Positions 13,235 to 25,509 of a stretch of 64,000 nucleotides of DNA are shown here, one piece after another. Within the stretch, counting starts at the first letter, position 1. Every line of letters begins with the position of its first letter. A program made the position numbers and the translations under genes. The stretch spans positions 22,694,001 to 22,758,000 of the forward strand of contig NC_058368.1 of NCBI RefSeq assembly GCF_018350175.1, given 5' to 3'. Below the pieces are notes generated by a model. That model was not told the DNA's origin and ran no database searches. It saw only the letters and a list, made by a program, of their open reading frames with translations. The stretch comes from Felis catus (taxonomy: Eukaryota).

Positions 13235-14180
13235 CAGAAAGAAAAGGCAGACTAAGTGGAAAGGATGAGTTTATCAAGGAAATAATACAAGAATATTTTC
13301 CAGAACTGAAATATCTCCAGATACAGAAAAATGAAAGAGAAATGGCTCAGCAAGACATGCCACTGTAGAGGTTCAGAATACCAGCAATAAGGAAAAGATC
13401 TTGAAAGTTTACAGAGAGAACTAAGAAAGAATGGCCTTGGATTTCTCAACAACACCAGAAGCTAGAAGATAAGGTAAAATGTCTTCAGAATTCTCAGGGA
13501 AACTTTTTCCAACCTAGAATTCTGTGTCTTGCTAAACTATCAATCAAATATGGAGGTGAAATAAAGTCATTTTCAGGCACCCAAGGCTTTAAGATTTCCC
13601 TCCACCAATTCTTTCTCAGGAAGTTCCTGAAGGATATGTTCTAAGTAAGAGATTAAACCATGAAACAGGAAGACACAGGGGCTCTGACACAGAGTGTGGC
13701 CAGAGGGGAGTACAGGGTGGTAGTGAAGGGAGGTGTGGAATCACAGATCAGCAGCAGACCCAGTCAGCAACCAGTCCAGATTGGAGCAAGAGGACAGAGA
13801 GGTCTCCACTCAAAAAGAAAAAAAAATGTGTACATATTGTCATAGTAATGTAAACACCAGATATTGGTTTAACCCCAATTTAAGAAATGTCCATATTGGA
13901 AGGTAGAGAGTGGAGGGGAAGATGGAAGAGAACTATAGTCTCTTGTTCTAGAATAAAAAGCCAACAGACGATGCTTGCAATTAAAAAAATTAATAAATTG
14001 CGATATAAAGCATATGGTGAGAATATGGAGGTAAATGCCTGGAAAAAAAAGAATCAGGAGTTTCCCATAGGGAGAAGGCCTCAGGGTGGGGACTGGGAGC
14101 AGAAATCTGCTGGTCCTTATTAGAAACCTTGTGTGCTACTTGCCTTTTGAAGCTAGCACATATATAATTTTGCATAAATA
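13235..14180 (+). mobile_element. HAL1-like (half-L1) element
   Basis: Decayed L1-ORF1-like segment (aaataatacaagaatattttccagaactg...ccaacctagaattctg...aaactatcaatcaa), then HAL1-type 3' motifs (agcaaccagtccagattggagca; atagtaatgtaaacac...tattggtttaacc) with no ORF2. Confidence 0.7.
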
Positions 14181-14495
14181 CAAACTCAGAGTAACAAGGG
14201 AAGAAGGGGAAAGTCGAAGGAGGGGGGTGATAGTAACCCTGGAGGCATGCAGGTAGGTCCTTGTGGGGCTTCCTGTCTGCTGTGTTGGGGACGTCCAGGC
14301 CATGGGCAGGTGGCCCATCCCAAATCCCTCTCTTTCCCAACAAGACACAGAGCCCAGGCTGTGTCTGGGGTAGCTGAGTAAGGTCATTTTGGTGCATCAG
14401 CAATATCATTTTCGGTCTCCGTTTCTGTGCTCTCTGCATCTCTGGTTTTGAATCCTTGCAGGTTTGGAAAATGCTTTGAATCATACCTTAGCACT

Positions 14496-15670
14496 AGGGG
14501 CAGATCCAGATTTTATGGGACCGAAAACTTAAATGATTTGGGGGACCTTTTCTAAGAAAAACAGTGCAAAAGGATGCATCCAAAATTAGGTATGAAAGTG
14601 AATATTTATTTAGAATGAGAAAATGTATCATAATAAATTACAAAATTTTAAAAGCTGTTAAATACCAAAATTCTAAAAATCCAGAGAAGCGACAAAATGT
14701 TTTACTAATTAACTACCTGAAGCATCTCTATGCTTTTTTCCTATATTGTTTTGGAGGTATAATCTTTGATTACCTCTCAATATGACAAACTTTTGTCATA
14801 TTTTCTATAGAGAGAATAGAAATATGATTCAGTTTTCCCTCTAGCAGGGTTGATTAAAATCTATTTTCCACAATTGATTGTTTAGAAAAATTTCTCTTTG
14901 GTTTCCAACTCATTATTGGTAAGTCATGTACATTTTTAAGATTGTTGTCCTAAATTTTGAAACTTCTCTCTCTTTCTTTAAAAATTATGAACTGCTACAG
15001 ACACCTCGCTTTTGTAGTATTGCTTCAGACTTGTTGACTGCAAACTCAGGAATTTTGATAAATGTTGTTGCATGTAATTTCTGTCAAAAAAAATCGAGAA
15101 AAGAAATCTCAGGTGTAATCGTCCATACTGCATTTTCAAGGGTATGCCTGAAAGGGAAGAGCTTGCATTTTGACTCTGCTTCTTTGGGAACTGAATCTTC
15201 CATTGAGTGCTGATTGGCAGAATGTTCCACAGACTGCCTTCTGGCTCCAAAGGTTTCAAACCTTGTTTCTCTTCCACTCACCTCGTACTTCCAGTGCCAC
15301 ATGCCATCCATGTCATGAAATGACCTCTGTTCCCTGCATCTTCCTGTCATGACTCCCAGTGAGCAGGCAATAGGAGTGTTCCTAACAATAGCTTAAGTGC
15401 ATGCATCAAGTATATCCCACTGAGCCCAGACTAAATGCATCTCCAATTCAACTTCCCCCCAAATGCCCATGGAAACCCACAAGGCCCCTAACAGATGGGG
15501 AAGCATGCTGGAAGGGAAATCAGAGTAGAAGTAACAGGATCTTCAGTGATTGTGGTTAAAATACGTCTTGCAAATTTTATAAAAAAAACCGTATGACCAT
15601 GAGAACATAGGCCTAGAGCTCAGAAGGGCCAATGCAAGTGAGGCACCCTGCAGCTTAACTGCATTCCTTC
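14496..15670. mobile_element. hAT-Tip100-type DNA transposon remnant (exact family uncertain)
   Basis: Begins aggggcagatccagattttatgggaccgaa...aaattaggtatgaaagtgaatatttatttagaatgag and ends gggccaatgcaagtgaggcaccctgcagcttaa, resembling recalled Tip100-group termini. Confidence 0.7.
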
Positions 15671-17160
15671 TGACTGGCACTCAGGCAGGAAATTGTGCTC
15701 CAGTCCTTCTGCCCTGACATGCCATGTGATGACCTCTGCCCAGAGCTGGAGGGGAGAAAGCAGCCAAGGGAGGGAGAGGGGGTGGAGGGGGAAGGCTGGC
15801 ACCTGTCTCCCCAGAGCCACCTTAGTTAGCTATGTGGCTTAAGGGGTGTGAGCAAAGGGCAAGGGAAGGAGCATTTCCCAGGAAGTGCTTTCTCTGCCAA
15901 CTGGCAAGGGAGGGGTGTGGACTCTGGTATTTATTGAAGGGAGGCAGGAAAGAAAGGAAAACCAGTCCAACTCTTCTGGGCTCCAGCACTTACTAGTAGG
16001 CACCAGAGAAGGTCTCTGCTTTATTGAAATCTTTTTATCACCTCACTAGGATAATTGATTTCTTACCATTTTTTCCAAAAACAGTCATCTCTCCTTTATC
16101 TGCATGTATTTATGCATTCTGTAGATTATAACTATAATGGCCTGCCACAAATTGTCTCTCCCATCATCAGTTATATTTGCAAAAGAAGTAAAGATTGATA
16201 TTGCTGGTAGACCAAGCAAAACATAATGAGAAAGATGATTTAAGGCAGAAAGATAACAATACATTCCATAGCCAACCCAAATTATTCTTGAAAGTCTGTT
16301 TACTGTTACTTAAAAGCAAACATTTTTAGGGCCCCATCTTGTGCCTTTCATATTATATCCTTTAATTCTCACAATAATCCTGAAAGGAGGTATGATTATT
16401 CCTAATTCACAGGTAAGGGCATGAACCCATAGTGGAGAAATAATCCAAGGAGAGGAATTGGGGCCTGTCCAAGACAATATGCTAACAAGGGTTTTCAAGT
16501 CATGTTTTTTTTCACCACCCCACACTGATAACTGAAAACCACCCATGGAATCAATCTCCCCAGATGGCCAGAGTCTTCCCCACTAAAGGCCTTGGTGTCC
16601 AGAATTGTCACACTTGGGCATCTGGACACTTAAGAGTGCAAAGAACCTTGCACAATATCTTCCTTGTACTTTATAGGGCTCCTCAGCACTTGCTGAGTGC
16701 TCCAGACAACTAGTCAACATATTTTATTATTTTCCAGATTCGCCATTACCTTTAGAGGAAACTCCTAGAGCTAAGAAAAAATGCAAAAAAAATTATTCTA
16801 TAAGTACTTTAAAATTCCATTTTCAAACTGTACATTAGGAACCACTGAAGGTTAATAGTGCTAAGTCGGATGAGTAAAAAAAATTGTTTTTTCATTTTTG
16901 GGGCCTTTGCAAACATATGGAGGCATATTTTCACACTATACCCCGAGGAAACAGCCAGCCAAACATTTGCTTCCTCTAGGTTCACGTATCTGAAATGAAA
17001 GCTGATATTTCTTGGTTGCGTGCTTAGTTTCAAAATGAAACCAGAACATTCCTAGCCTTCAGGCAGCTCTGGTAGCCACAGACAGCTGGAAATTCTGCAA
17101 TCACAATAAAGTAGGTTAGGGAGAATCTCCCAGCAGCTCCCATACAAACATGGGGTATTG

Positions 17161-17161
<1 letters not shown>

Positions 17162-17210
<49 letters not shown>
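17162..17210. repeat. (TG)n microsatellite
   Basis: Read directly. Confidence 0.97.
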
Positions 17211-17212
<2 letters not shown>

Positions 17213-17575
17213 TCATTTGTCAAAACTTTAGAGATGTTTCTAAAATAATAAGCATACTACCTCTTTTTCCCCTTAAAAAAAAGTACATAAAATATATGGC
17301 AAGGAATAGACACTGTTGCTTTTTCTCCAAGCATACATATTTTAGTATCTGTTGGAAGAATGTCCTTGAACTGTGTTGTCCCATAAAAGAGCAGAGGTAA
17401 TCATGATGCTAGACCCATACCTGCAAGTTTTGAATGACTTTTCAAATGACAATAATGGTCACATTTGGGTAACATTTTTCCTAAGGGGAGCCTATAGCAT
17501 TAGACCTTTCCCTCTGAGACCCTAAATCTCATTCTCTACAGAATTGTGAGGCATCTGCTCCAGTCTCCATCTTTT

Positions 17576-17792
17576 AAAATTTTTTTTAATGTTTATTTGT
17601 TTTTGACAGAGAGGGAGAGACAGAGCATGAGTGGGAGAAGGGCAGAGAGAGAGAGAGACACAGAATCAGAAGCAGGCTCCAGGCTCTGAGCTGTCAGCAC
17701 AGAGCCCGACACGGGGCTCGAACTCACAGACTGTGAGATCATGACCTGAGCCAAAGTCAGACGCTCAACCAACTGAGCCACCCAGGTGCCCC
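17576..17792 (-). mobile_element. CAN-SINE (SINEC_Fc-type)
   Basis: Full SINE body; TSD gtctccatctttt at 17563-17575 and 17795-17807. Confidence 0.96.
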
Positions 17793-17919
17793 GTGTCTCC
17801 ATCTTTTTAATCTCCCTCTCTCCCTCCCTAGTGTCCCCTCATCTCAATAGATGCCCAAGGCTCTCTGGTGGCTCTGGATTGCTCAGATCCCCCAAAGCAG
17901 GGCACAGGGCCATCTACAG

Positions 17920-18066
17920 CCTTTCTACTCGAAGCCCAGCACCTCGGAGCTGGTTAGAAATGCAGGATCCCAGATCCCAGCCCAGACCTTCTGAATCAGA
18001 GCCCATATCCTAGCAAGATTCCTGGTGACTTGTGGGCACATTTACATTTGTAAGGTATTGGTCTAC
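17920..18066. mobile_element. MER5A-like hAT-Charlie MITE
   Basis: gagctggttagaaatgcaggatcccag...cccagaccttctgaatcaga...caagattcctggtgacttgtgggcacatt. Confidence 0.78.
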
Positions 18067-18199
18067 ACATTCTTATGGGGTACCGTTGAGCTTGGTCACC
18101 AACTTGCATGTGACCTGGAGCAGATGAGGACACCTCTCTGGGCCTCAGTTTTCTTGTTTGTGAAATGAAGACATAAAGCCATCTCCAGATCACACTGTG

Positions 18200-18920
18200 A
18201 TAGAGAGAGCTGGCTCCAGAGTCAGGCCATCAGTTCACCTCTGAGTCAAATGAGTCAACCTCTGTAAGCCTCATCTGCAAAATAGCAGCATTAAGTACTC
18301 ATCAGATACAGCTGCTATGAAGGTGCAGTGAGAGCACCTGTATTAGTGCCCTTCTGCTGCTGCAACAAATGACCCTAAGTTCAGTGGTTTAAAGCAACAT
18401 TTATTTTCTGTGTTACTGTTCTGGAGGTCAGAAGTGTGAAATAGGTTTCACTGGGCTAAAGTCAAGGTGTCAGCAAGGCCAGGAGGCTCTAGACAAGAAT
18501 CTAGACATCTGTTCCCTTGCTTTTCCAGCTTCTAGAAGCTGCCCACATTCCTTGTTCCTTCTTCAAAACAGCAACAGCAATTGGAGCCCTCCTATCATAT
18601 CACTCCAACCTCTGCTGTGTCCTCACATCTTCTCTGACACTGACTCCTGCCTTCCTGCTTATAAACAACCCCTGTGATCACACTGGGCCCACCAGATAAT
18701 CCAGCGTAATCCCTCCACCTCACAGTCAGCTGCTTATGACCTCAACTCCATCTGCAACCTTAATTCCTCCGTTGCCATCCACTATAACATGGTCACAGGC
18801 TCCAGGGATTGGGACACAGACGTCTTGGTGGGGGAGGCAGTTATTCTGCCCACTACATGGCATAAGGGGTTATTACTGCGCCTGGCAAGTAATCAGCACC
18901 CAGTAAATATTTGCTGTTTT
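18200..18920 (+). mobile_element. MIR split by the MLT1 LTR (MIR parts ~18200-18338 and ~18858-18920)
   Basis: ctcatctgcaaaatag...gctatgaaggtgcagtgaga resumes after the LTR as gcctggcaagtaatcagcacccagtaaatatt. Confidence 0.6.
18339..18857 (-). mobile_element. MaLR solo LTR (MLT1D-like)
   Basis: tgtattag...ttctggaggtcagaagt...tcactgggctaaagtcaaggtgtcagca...ctgggcccaccagataatccag...ttattctgcccactaca. Confidence 0.88.
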
Positions 18921-20074
18921 TATGGTGGTCTGTGATTCTGAAGACAGCCCGCCTTACTCTGTAGGAGCAGAGCAGTGGGCTGGCTGTATTTTTGTGATGA
19001 AATGCCCAGCACATGTTCTCCAGAAGTATCATTTAGTTTTGGCTTGTCCTACCCTCTACAACCAGTGGCTGGACACACACACCGCCCCCCCCCCTTATTC
19101 GGAAGCTCCCTCACCCCTGGCAAGCCACCACAATGACCCACATCCATCCTTCCACATCTAAAGCTTGAGAAACCTTTACATATAAACTAGACATGCCTTA
19201 CAGCCTCATGATGTCGTTACAGAATCCACTGAACCCATTTATCTGAATTCTCTCCTGCAGACCACCTACCCTCTGTTGCATTCATTCATTTAGGAAATAT
19301 TGAACAGCTCTCACGCGCTGGATGAGTGGGCCTATCTCCGTCTCTCAGTAGAGCCCTATCTCCCTGCAGAGGTGCCACCAATAACACTCAGAGGGAGGCT
19401 GACTGGCCCTGGGTCCCCCAAGCCTTGCTTCAGTAGGACAGCTTCAGCTTTTCTGTTTTACATATTGGGGTTCTGTGTAAGATTTCGTTTAAAACCAAGG
19501 TCCACTTTCCAGTCCCTGGCACACAGTGGACACTCATAAATACGTAGATCTCCAAGTGTCTGAGAGCCACTGGTCTAGGAGGATTATCAAGCCCTTTCCA
19601 GCTGATTCTCCATGTTTGGCCTCTTTAGTCCTAAGCCTGGAAATGCCTTGCCTCACCCTGTTGTGCAGGTCCCCTCGAGCCACAAGCAGCCGCCATTCCT
19701 CTGCCCTTTATCAGTCTCCGCTTACTCTCTTTCCTTCCACTTCTGGGTCACGTCTGTTAGTCCACTTGTAGTTTTTCAGGACCACAGTTGTCTCTCCCAC
19801 CACCTGTCTGTCTCTTGTTAGTTAAATCCTGTTTCATGATCACAGTTCTCAAAACCCTGTGATGTTACTTACCTTCTCCAGAAAGTGCGTCAACTCTCCC
19901 CCACATTGATGTGGAGGAGAGGAAAGGCACCATATTCCTCACTCCAGCCCTGCCCCCTCTCCCCTTACCGTAGAGCAATAAAAATATCTAACACTCTCAC
20001 ACAGCTCTGCTTGACCCCAAGGCATTTAAAATTACTTAAATTAAGCTGTCTCATCATTTACTTTCAACGGCATC

Positions 20075-20290
20075 TAATAACACCTTATATTTACAGTTCT
20101 TTAGAGTTCACAAAGCTCTCTGACCTTATCGCGTTTAATTTGAGCCTCAAACGCCCTTATGAGGTAAGCAAGGCGGTGACTTTTATTCTCCTTGTGCAGA
20201 GAAGGAAGCAGGCTCAGAGAAGGCCAGCACCTTGCCCAAGGCCAGACGGCCCAAAGCAGCAAAACCAGCCAGGAACAGAGATTTCCTCAA
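20075..20290 (-). mobile_element. MIR fragment
   Basis: cccttatgaggtaagc...cagagaaggaagcaggctcagaga...cttgcccaaggcca. Confidence 0.65.
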
Positions 20291-21309
20291 GCACGGCACT
20301 CTCTATACCGGGTGTTCAGCCTCACTTCCAGAGACTATGAAGAAGGCTCAGGGCCTGCTTCGTTTTTGTTTCAGGAATGGATTTCACAAAAGAACAAGAT
20401 AGTACACTTAATCCTGGCTGCAGCTGCTGGAAAATTTGCTGTGGCCTCCTCATGTTAGCTGCATGTTGAACTTGGACCGTCAAACAAAGCACAGCAGGAG
20501 AAAGACAAAGAGATCTTCCGCTGGTGGCTGGAAGTTCATTTTGGTTCCCCCTTTGACTTCACAGAAAGAAAGAAGCAGGAAACCTGCATTTCTGTCATTG
20601 TTACAGTCACTTGAACTATGCAATGCCACTTGAAAATTGAGCCAGCTTTGTTATGAAAAACAATTGTCTTTTGATGAAATAGAGCAGCCTTTTAGAGCCA
20701 ATGAAGATACAAAGGTCAGCAACATTCTTTGCAGCAGCACTTGACCCAGAAAGGAATAGAAGGATAGTTCCATTCCTTATCCTATTCATCTGGTAACAGA
20801 AATAAGCTCTCTGAGTCTCAGACTCCACACATCAAGAAAGGAAGTTAGAGGTTGTAAGAGATCATGAGACAGTCAGCCCCATCCTTCCTGTTCTCTCTGC
20901 TGTTCTCCCTGGAGGAAGTTGTAAAAATTAGACCTTGGAGACATGTGAAGTGTTTAGGATTTGGGGGAAGTGGGGGCTTTTTGTTTTGTTTTGTTTAATT
21001 GGTAGTAAAAGAAATGGCAAGTCCTTCAGAGCCAGGCAAAAGGAATGGAAACTGTCGTATGCTGTTTGGGAAAAGTGGTCTCCATAAATGCTAAACAGCC
21101 TTCAGATCAACAGCTTTCCCCTCACTGAGTCATTCTACCAGAAGAAGAAATAAACAATTCCAAACTCAAAAGCAAAACAAGAAACACACCTGACTAGAGG
21201 ACACTGATTTGCATGTGTGTGGTTTTGGATTAGGAACAGAGGACGCAGTGTGATTCAGCCGTGATGTAAACAAATAGATATTCTAACTCTCTCTACTGCA
21301 GGGGCCTGG

Positions 21310-21692
21310 AAGCAATGATACCTCATAGCGAAAGACATACCTTTGCCCAGATATTGGTTTCTAAATCATTCCAAGTCTCCTTGAGAAAAGGAACAGTTTC
21401 AGAGCTGGGGGAGGGAAACTTCAAAATGAGCCTGTGCTTTACCAAAAGGCAGGAAACACTCAAAGACTTACAGGCTTCTGGGAAAAACATCGTGCAAAGA
21501 CATGCATATTGCTAAGTGAAAGAAGCCAGTCTGAAAAGGCTACGTACTGTGGGATTCCATTTCTATGATACTCTGGAGAAGGCAAGACTATGGAGATGGT
21601 AAACAGAACAGTGGTTGCCAGGCGTTTGGGGTTGGGGAGAGGGTAGAACAGGTAAAGCTCAGGGGATTTTTAGGATGGAGAAACTGCTCTGG
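21310..21692 (+). mobile_element. Old L1 (L1MC-type) 3' fragments
   Basis: atgcatattgctaagtgaaagaagccagtctgaaaaggctacgtactgtgggattcca...gtggttgccagg. Confidence 0.75.
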
Positions 21693-22189
21693 AAAGTAAA
21701 GAATCATTGATAATATGAAAAGTCACTTTGAGGGTTATCTGTTTTTCAACTTCAGATTTTATTGTCCTGGAATTTTTAAAAGGAAAGAACACACATTGTA
21801 CTTATGTATATATGTATTATCGAATATAAGAAGAAATGAAAAGTGTGTGTGTTGATGTATGAAGTCTATAAGTGTATATAGGTAGTCACTTTGATGAAAA
21901 GAGTATAATAAAGTTCCAATACATATTGTAATTTTGTTTTGATTAACATGTAACGTGTCTCTCTCCATCACACTCTGCCGTACAGCCACAAATGACTTAC
22001 TAAAGGACCTATGTGTCACAGAACCTGAGGCACAAAAGGCCAGAATATCATTGATGAGGCTATTACTGTGCTAGCCCCTACTCAGAGGTCCAGGGAACCC
22101 ACCTGTAGTGCCTCTGAGAAGGAGGACATTGAGATTTAATGTGACAAAGTCAAATAGGCCACATTAAACCTTAAGAAGCCACCTTTCAC

Positions 22190-22319
22190 GGGTGACTGGG
22201 TGGCCCAGTCGATTCAGCATTTGACTCTTTATCATGGCTCAGGTCTTGATTTCAGGGTTGTGAAGTTGGGCTCTGTGCTGGGTATGAAGCCTACTTGAAA
22301 AAAACAAACACCAAAAAAA
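22190..22319 (+). mobile_element. Short CAN-SINE variant without (CT)n
   Basis: gggtgactgggtggcccagtc...gggctctgtgctgggtatgaagcctactt plus A tail; TSD-like ccacctttc / ccacccttc. Confidence 0.85.
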
Positions 22320-23675
22320 CCACCCTTCGTGTTCCCCATTGTGAGAATACCTGTAAAATATAGCAGTAAGATGGACTATCACCTGAAGTCTACAGAAATT
22401 AAAGTCTGATGCCTCGTGGGGTATATGTGCACACACACTGACACTCAACATATACACACACTTATTTCCCCCTTTCCTTCCTACTCAATTCTAAGATAAA
22501 TTCTGCATTGCCAGCAAGATTTGGTTTTCTTTCTTTTTTTCTTCTTCTTCTTCTTATTTTTTTTTTTCCTAAATAAGGAGCATGGGACCAAGTGTACTGA
22601 TAACTGCAAACTTATGCAGAGTCAGTATTTGTAAAAGCCCTCCAAGTGCCTCTTATCGCTGTCGTAATAGATAGGTCAGAAGACCAAAGAGGAAGTAAAT
22701 CACAGACAAGGAAAGACATTCTTTTTAAACTGGTGTAAACATCCTTTATTTGCCATGGCTTCTCATGATCATCACTTTTTGTCTGCTATAATAATAATAA
22801 TAATATTTTGTGTGTGTGAGCTGTTACTGCCAATTACCCCAGAGAAGAGATAGCATGCATTTATCACTCTTTATTTCTACATTAAAATAAATGTGAGGAT
22901 ATTAAGGGCCCTTCCGCCTTTCTGGTCCCAAGTTTATTTTCCATCTCTTTCCAAGATGTCGGTTGGCAACTGTGTATCATGTCTTCCCTTGGACACTTCT
23001 TTTACTACCAAACTTTAAACAGTCTAAAACACTAACAGGATCTATTGCTTTTCCTGGTGACTCAGTGTATTTAAAAGTGTATCAAAGCCAGTGCAAGCTT
23101 GAATGTGTTGATAGTGGATGAAACAGACACAGGAAGTTTTTCTAACCAAATGAAGGCTCACATAGGTTAAGGTTCCTTTGGCCATTGTTTCTTAAAGTTC
23201 AAATTTTTACATTTAAATGTGATATTGCCTTTAAACAACTGAAGCAAACCAGGTTTTGCATACAGAGCAGCCAGAAAATGGGATTGATAATTGGAAACTT
23301 TATAGAATAGTGAAAGAAAAGATTACCACCTCCATACTCTGCGGGACTAGGAAGTGTTGAGGCAGGGAGGGACTTTGGGAATTTATCTCACTGAATCCTT
23401 TTGTTTTATGGATGAGGAAGTTGGGAACCAGAGAGTCCTAGTGACACGTAAGGCCAGCAGTTAGCTGCAGGGCAATACAGACATTGCCGAGCATTAACTC
23501 CATTAAATCATTAAATCATTGATTTAAATTATCTTTGGACATTGGGACAATAAAAAATATATTTTTTAATTAAGTTGCATCCTCATCATAGTTGTAGTGC
23601 TAAGTATCATATGCATCTTGTAGAAAGAAGTGTGCAAAACAGAGAGGAGCAAAGAGCATATGGCTCCTCTAGGAT

Positions 23676-23678
<3 letters not shown>

Positions 23679-23710
<32 letters not shown>

Positions 23711-23899
23711 TTATTTTTTTAGTGTTTATTTTTTAAGAGTGCAAGTGGGGGAGGGGAAGAGAGAAAGGCGGACAGAGGATCTGAAGCAGGCTCCACACTG
23801 ACAGCAGCAAGCCTGATGTGGGGCTCTAACTCAGGAACCTTGAAGTCACAATCCAAGCCAAAGTTGGAAGCTCAAACAACTGAGCCACCCAGGCGCTCC
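23679..23899 (-). mobile_element. CAN-SINE with (TTTA)n tail
   Basis: TSD ctctaggattta at 23667-23678 and 23902-23913. Confidence 0.94.
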
Positions 23900-24099
23900 A
23901 ACTCTAGGATTTACACAATAATTTCTGGGAACATTTAGCTATTAGTTACATGTCAGTTCAGTGAGGGACTCAGAAGAAGAGAATCAAGTCCATCGTTTTC
24001 TGATTTCATTGAATAGGTAGCAGTTTGGTCAACAGAGAATGCAATCAAGTATTGCTGGAAATAAAATATTTTCTGTCAGTTGCTTTTGGTTTTAGCAAC

Positions 24100-24602
24100 G
24101 TTTTTCTTCCTTCTTTTGTTGCGATACAATTTACATATAATATTGCATTAGTTCAAGGTGTACAACACGATTTGATGTATGTATATATAGCAAAAGTATA
24201 ACCACCATAGGTTTAGTTAACATCAATCACCTCACATAGTTACAAATGTTTTTTCTTATGATGAGAACTTTTAAGATTCTGTCACGCAGCAACTCTCACA
24301 TATATAGTATGGTATTGTTAACTACAGTCACCAAGGTGTACATGACATTACCAGGATTTACCTTATAACTGAAACTTTGTACCCTTTTACTATCTTTACC
24401 CATTTTGCCCATCCCACGTCCCTCACTTCTGGTAACCATCAATCTGTTCTCTGTATCTTTAAATTCAGTTTTATTAGAATCCAAATATTTCACGTATCAT
24501 ACAATATTTGTCTTTCTTTGTCTGACTTATTTCTCTTAGCATAATACCCTGTGTTGTTGTAAATGGCAGAATTTCCTCCCTTTACAGTGGCATAATAGTC
24601 CA

Positions 24603-24636
<34 letters not shown>

Positions 24637-25127
24637 CACACACACCATGTTTTCTTTGTCCAGTCATCTGTCAATGGATTAAGGTTGTTTCCATGTCTTG
24701 GCTACTGTAAATAACGCAGCAGTGAACATGGGGGTGCAGGTATCTTTTCAAGGTAGTAATTTCATTTCCTTTGGTTAAATACCCAGAAGTGGCATTGCTG
24801 GATCATATGGTAGTTCTAATTTTTTGAGGAATCTTCATACTTTTTCTGTAGTGGCTACATCAATTTACCTTCCCACCAATAGTGTACAAGGGTTCCCTTT
24901 TCTTTAGGTCCTTGCCAATACTTGTTATTTCTTGTCTATTTGAAAATAGCCATGCTAACAGGTGTGAGGTGATTTTTCATTGCAGTTTTGACTTGCATTT
25001 TCATGATGATTAGTGATGTTGAGCACCTTTTAATGTACCTGTTGTCTTCTTTGGAAGAATGTCATTTCAATTCCTCTGCCCTTTTTTCAATTGGACTGTT
25101 TGTTTTTGCTATTGAGTTGTATAAGTT
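24100..25127 (-). mobile_element. Old L1 3' end (L1MA9/L1MB-like) with internal (TG)n
   Basis: Typical L1 3'UTR and ORF2 C-terminus: acccagaagtggcattgctggatcatatggtagttct; gctaacaggtgtgaggtgat. Confidence 0.88.
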
Positions 25128-25297
25128 GGCTTTAGCAATCCTGAGTTGAGACCCCACTGAGAAGGAGATCTAATGGGGAGAATTCAAGGCAAAGAGACCA
25201 TTGTAGTTAACAGGTCTATCTATCATTCTAGATAGAGATGGAAAATGGCATTTCCTAATATCTAAGTTACATTAGAGGGCAGAAATAGTGGCCAAGA

Positions 25298-25509
25298 GGG
25301 GTGCCTTGGTGGCTCAGTCAGTTAAGTGTCAGACTTTGACTCAGGTCGTGATCTCGCAGTTTGTGGGTTCAAACCCTGCATTGGGCTCTGCGCTGACAGC
25401 TCAGAGCCTGGAGCCTGTTTCGGATTCTGTGTCTCCTCCTCTCTCTGCCTCTCCCATGCTCATGCTCTGTCTCTCTCTGTCTCTCAATAATAAACGTTAA
25501 AAAAATTTT
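25298..25509 (+). mobile_element. CAN-SINE (SINEC_Fc-type)
   Basis: ggggtgccttggtggctcag head; TSD agaaatagtggccaagag / agaaattgtggtcaagag. Confidence 0.95.

Noticed and set aside
22734..22746. tgtaaacatcctt, identical to the 5' end of miR-30e-5p (also at 56961-56973)
   Set aside because: Match stops after 13 nt, no complementary arm for a hairpin; equally a forkhead motif
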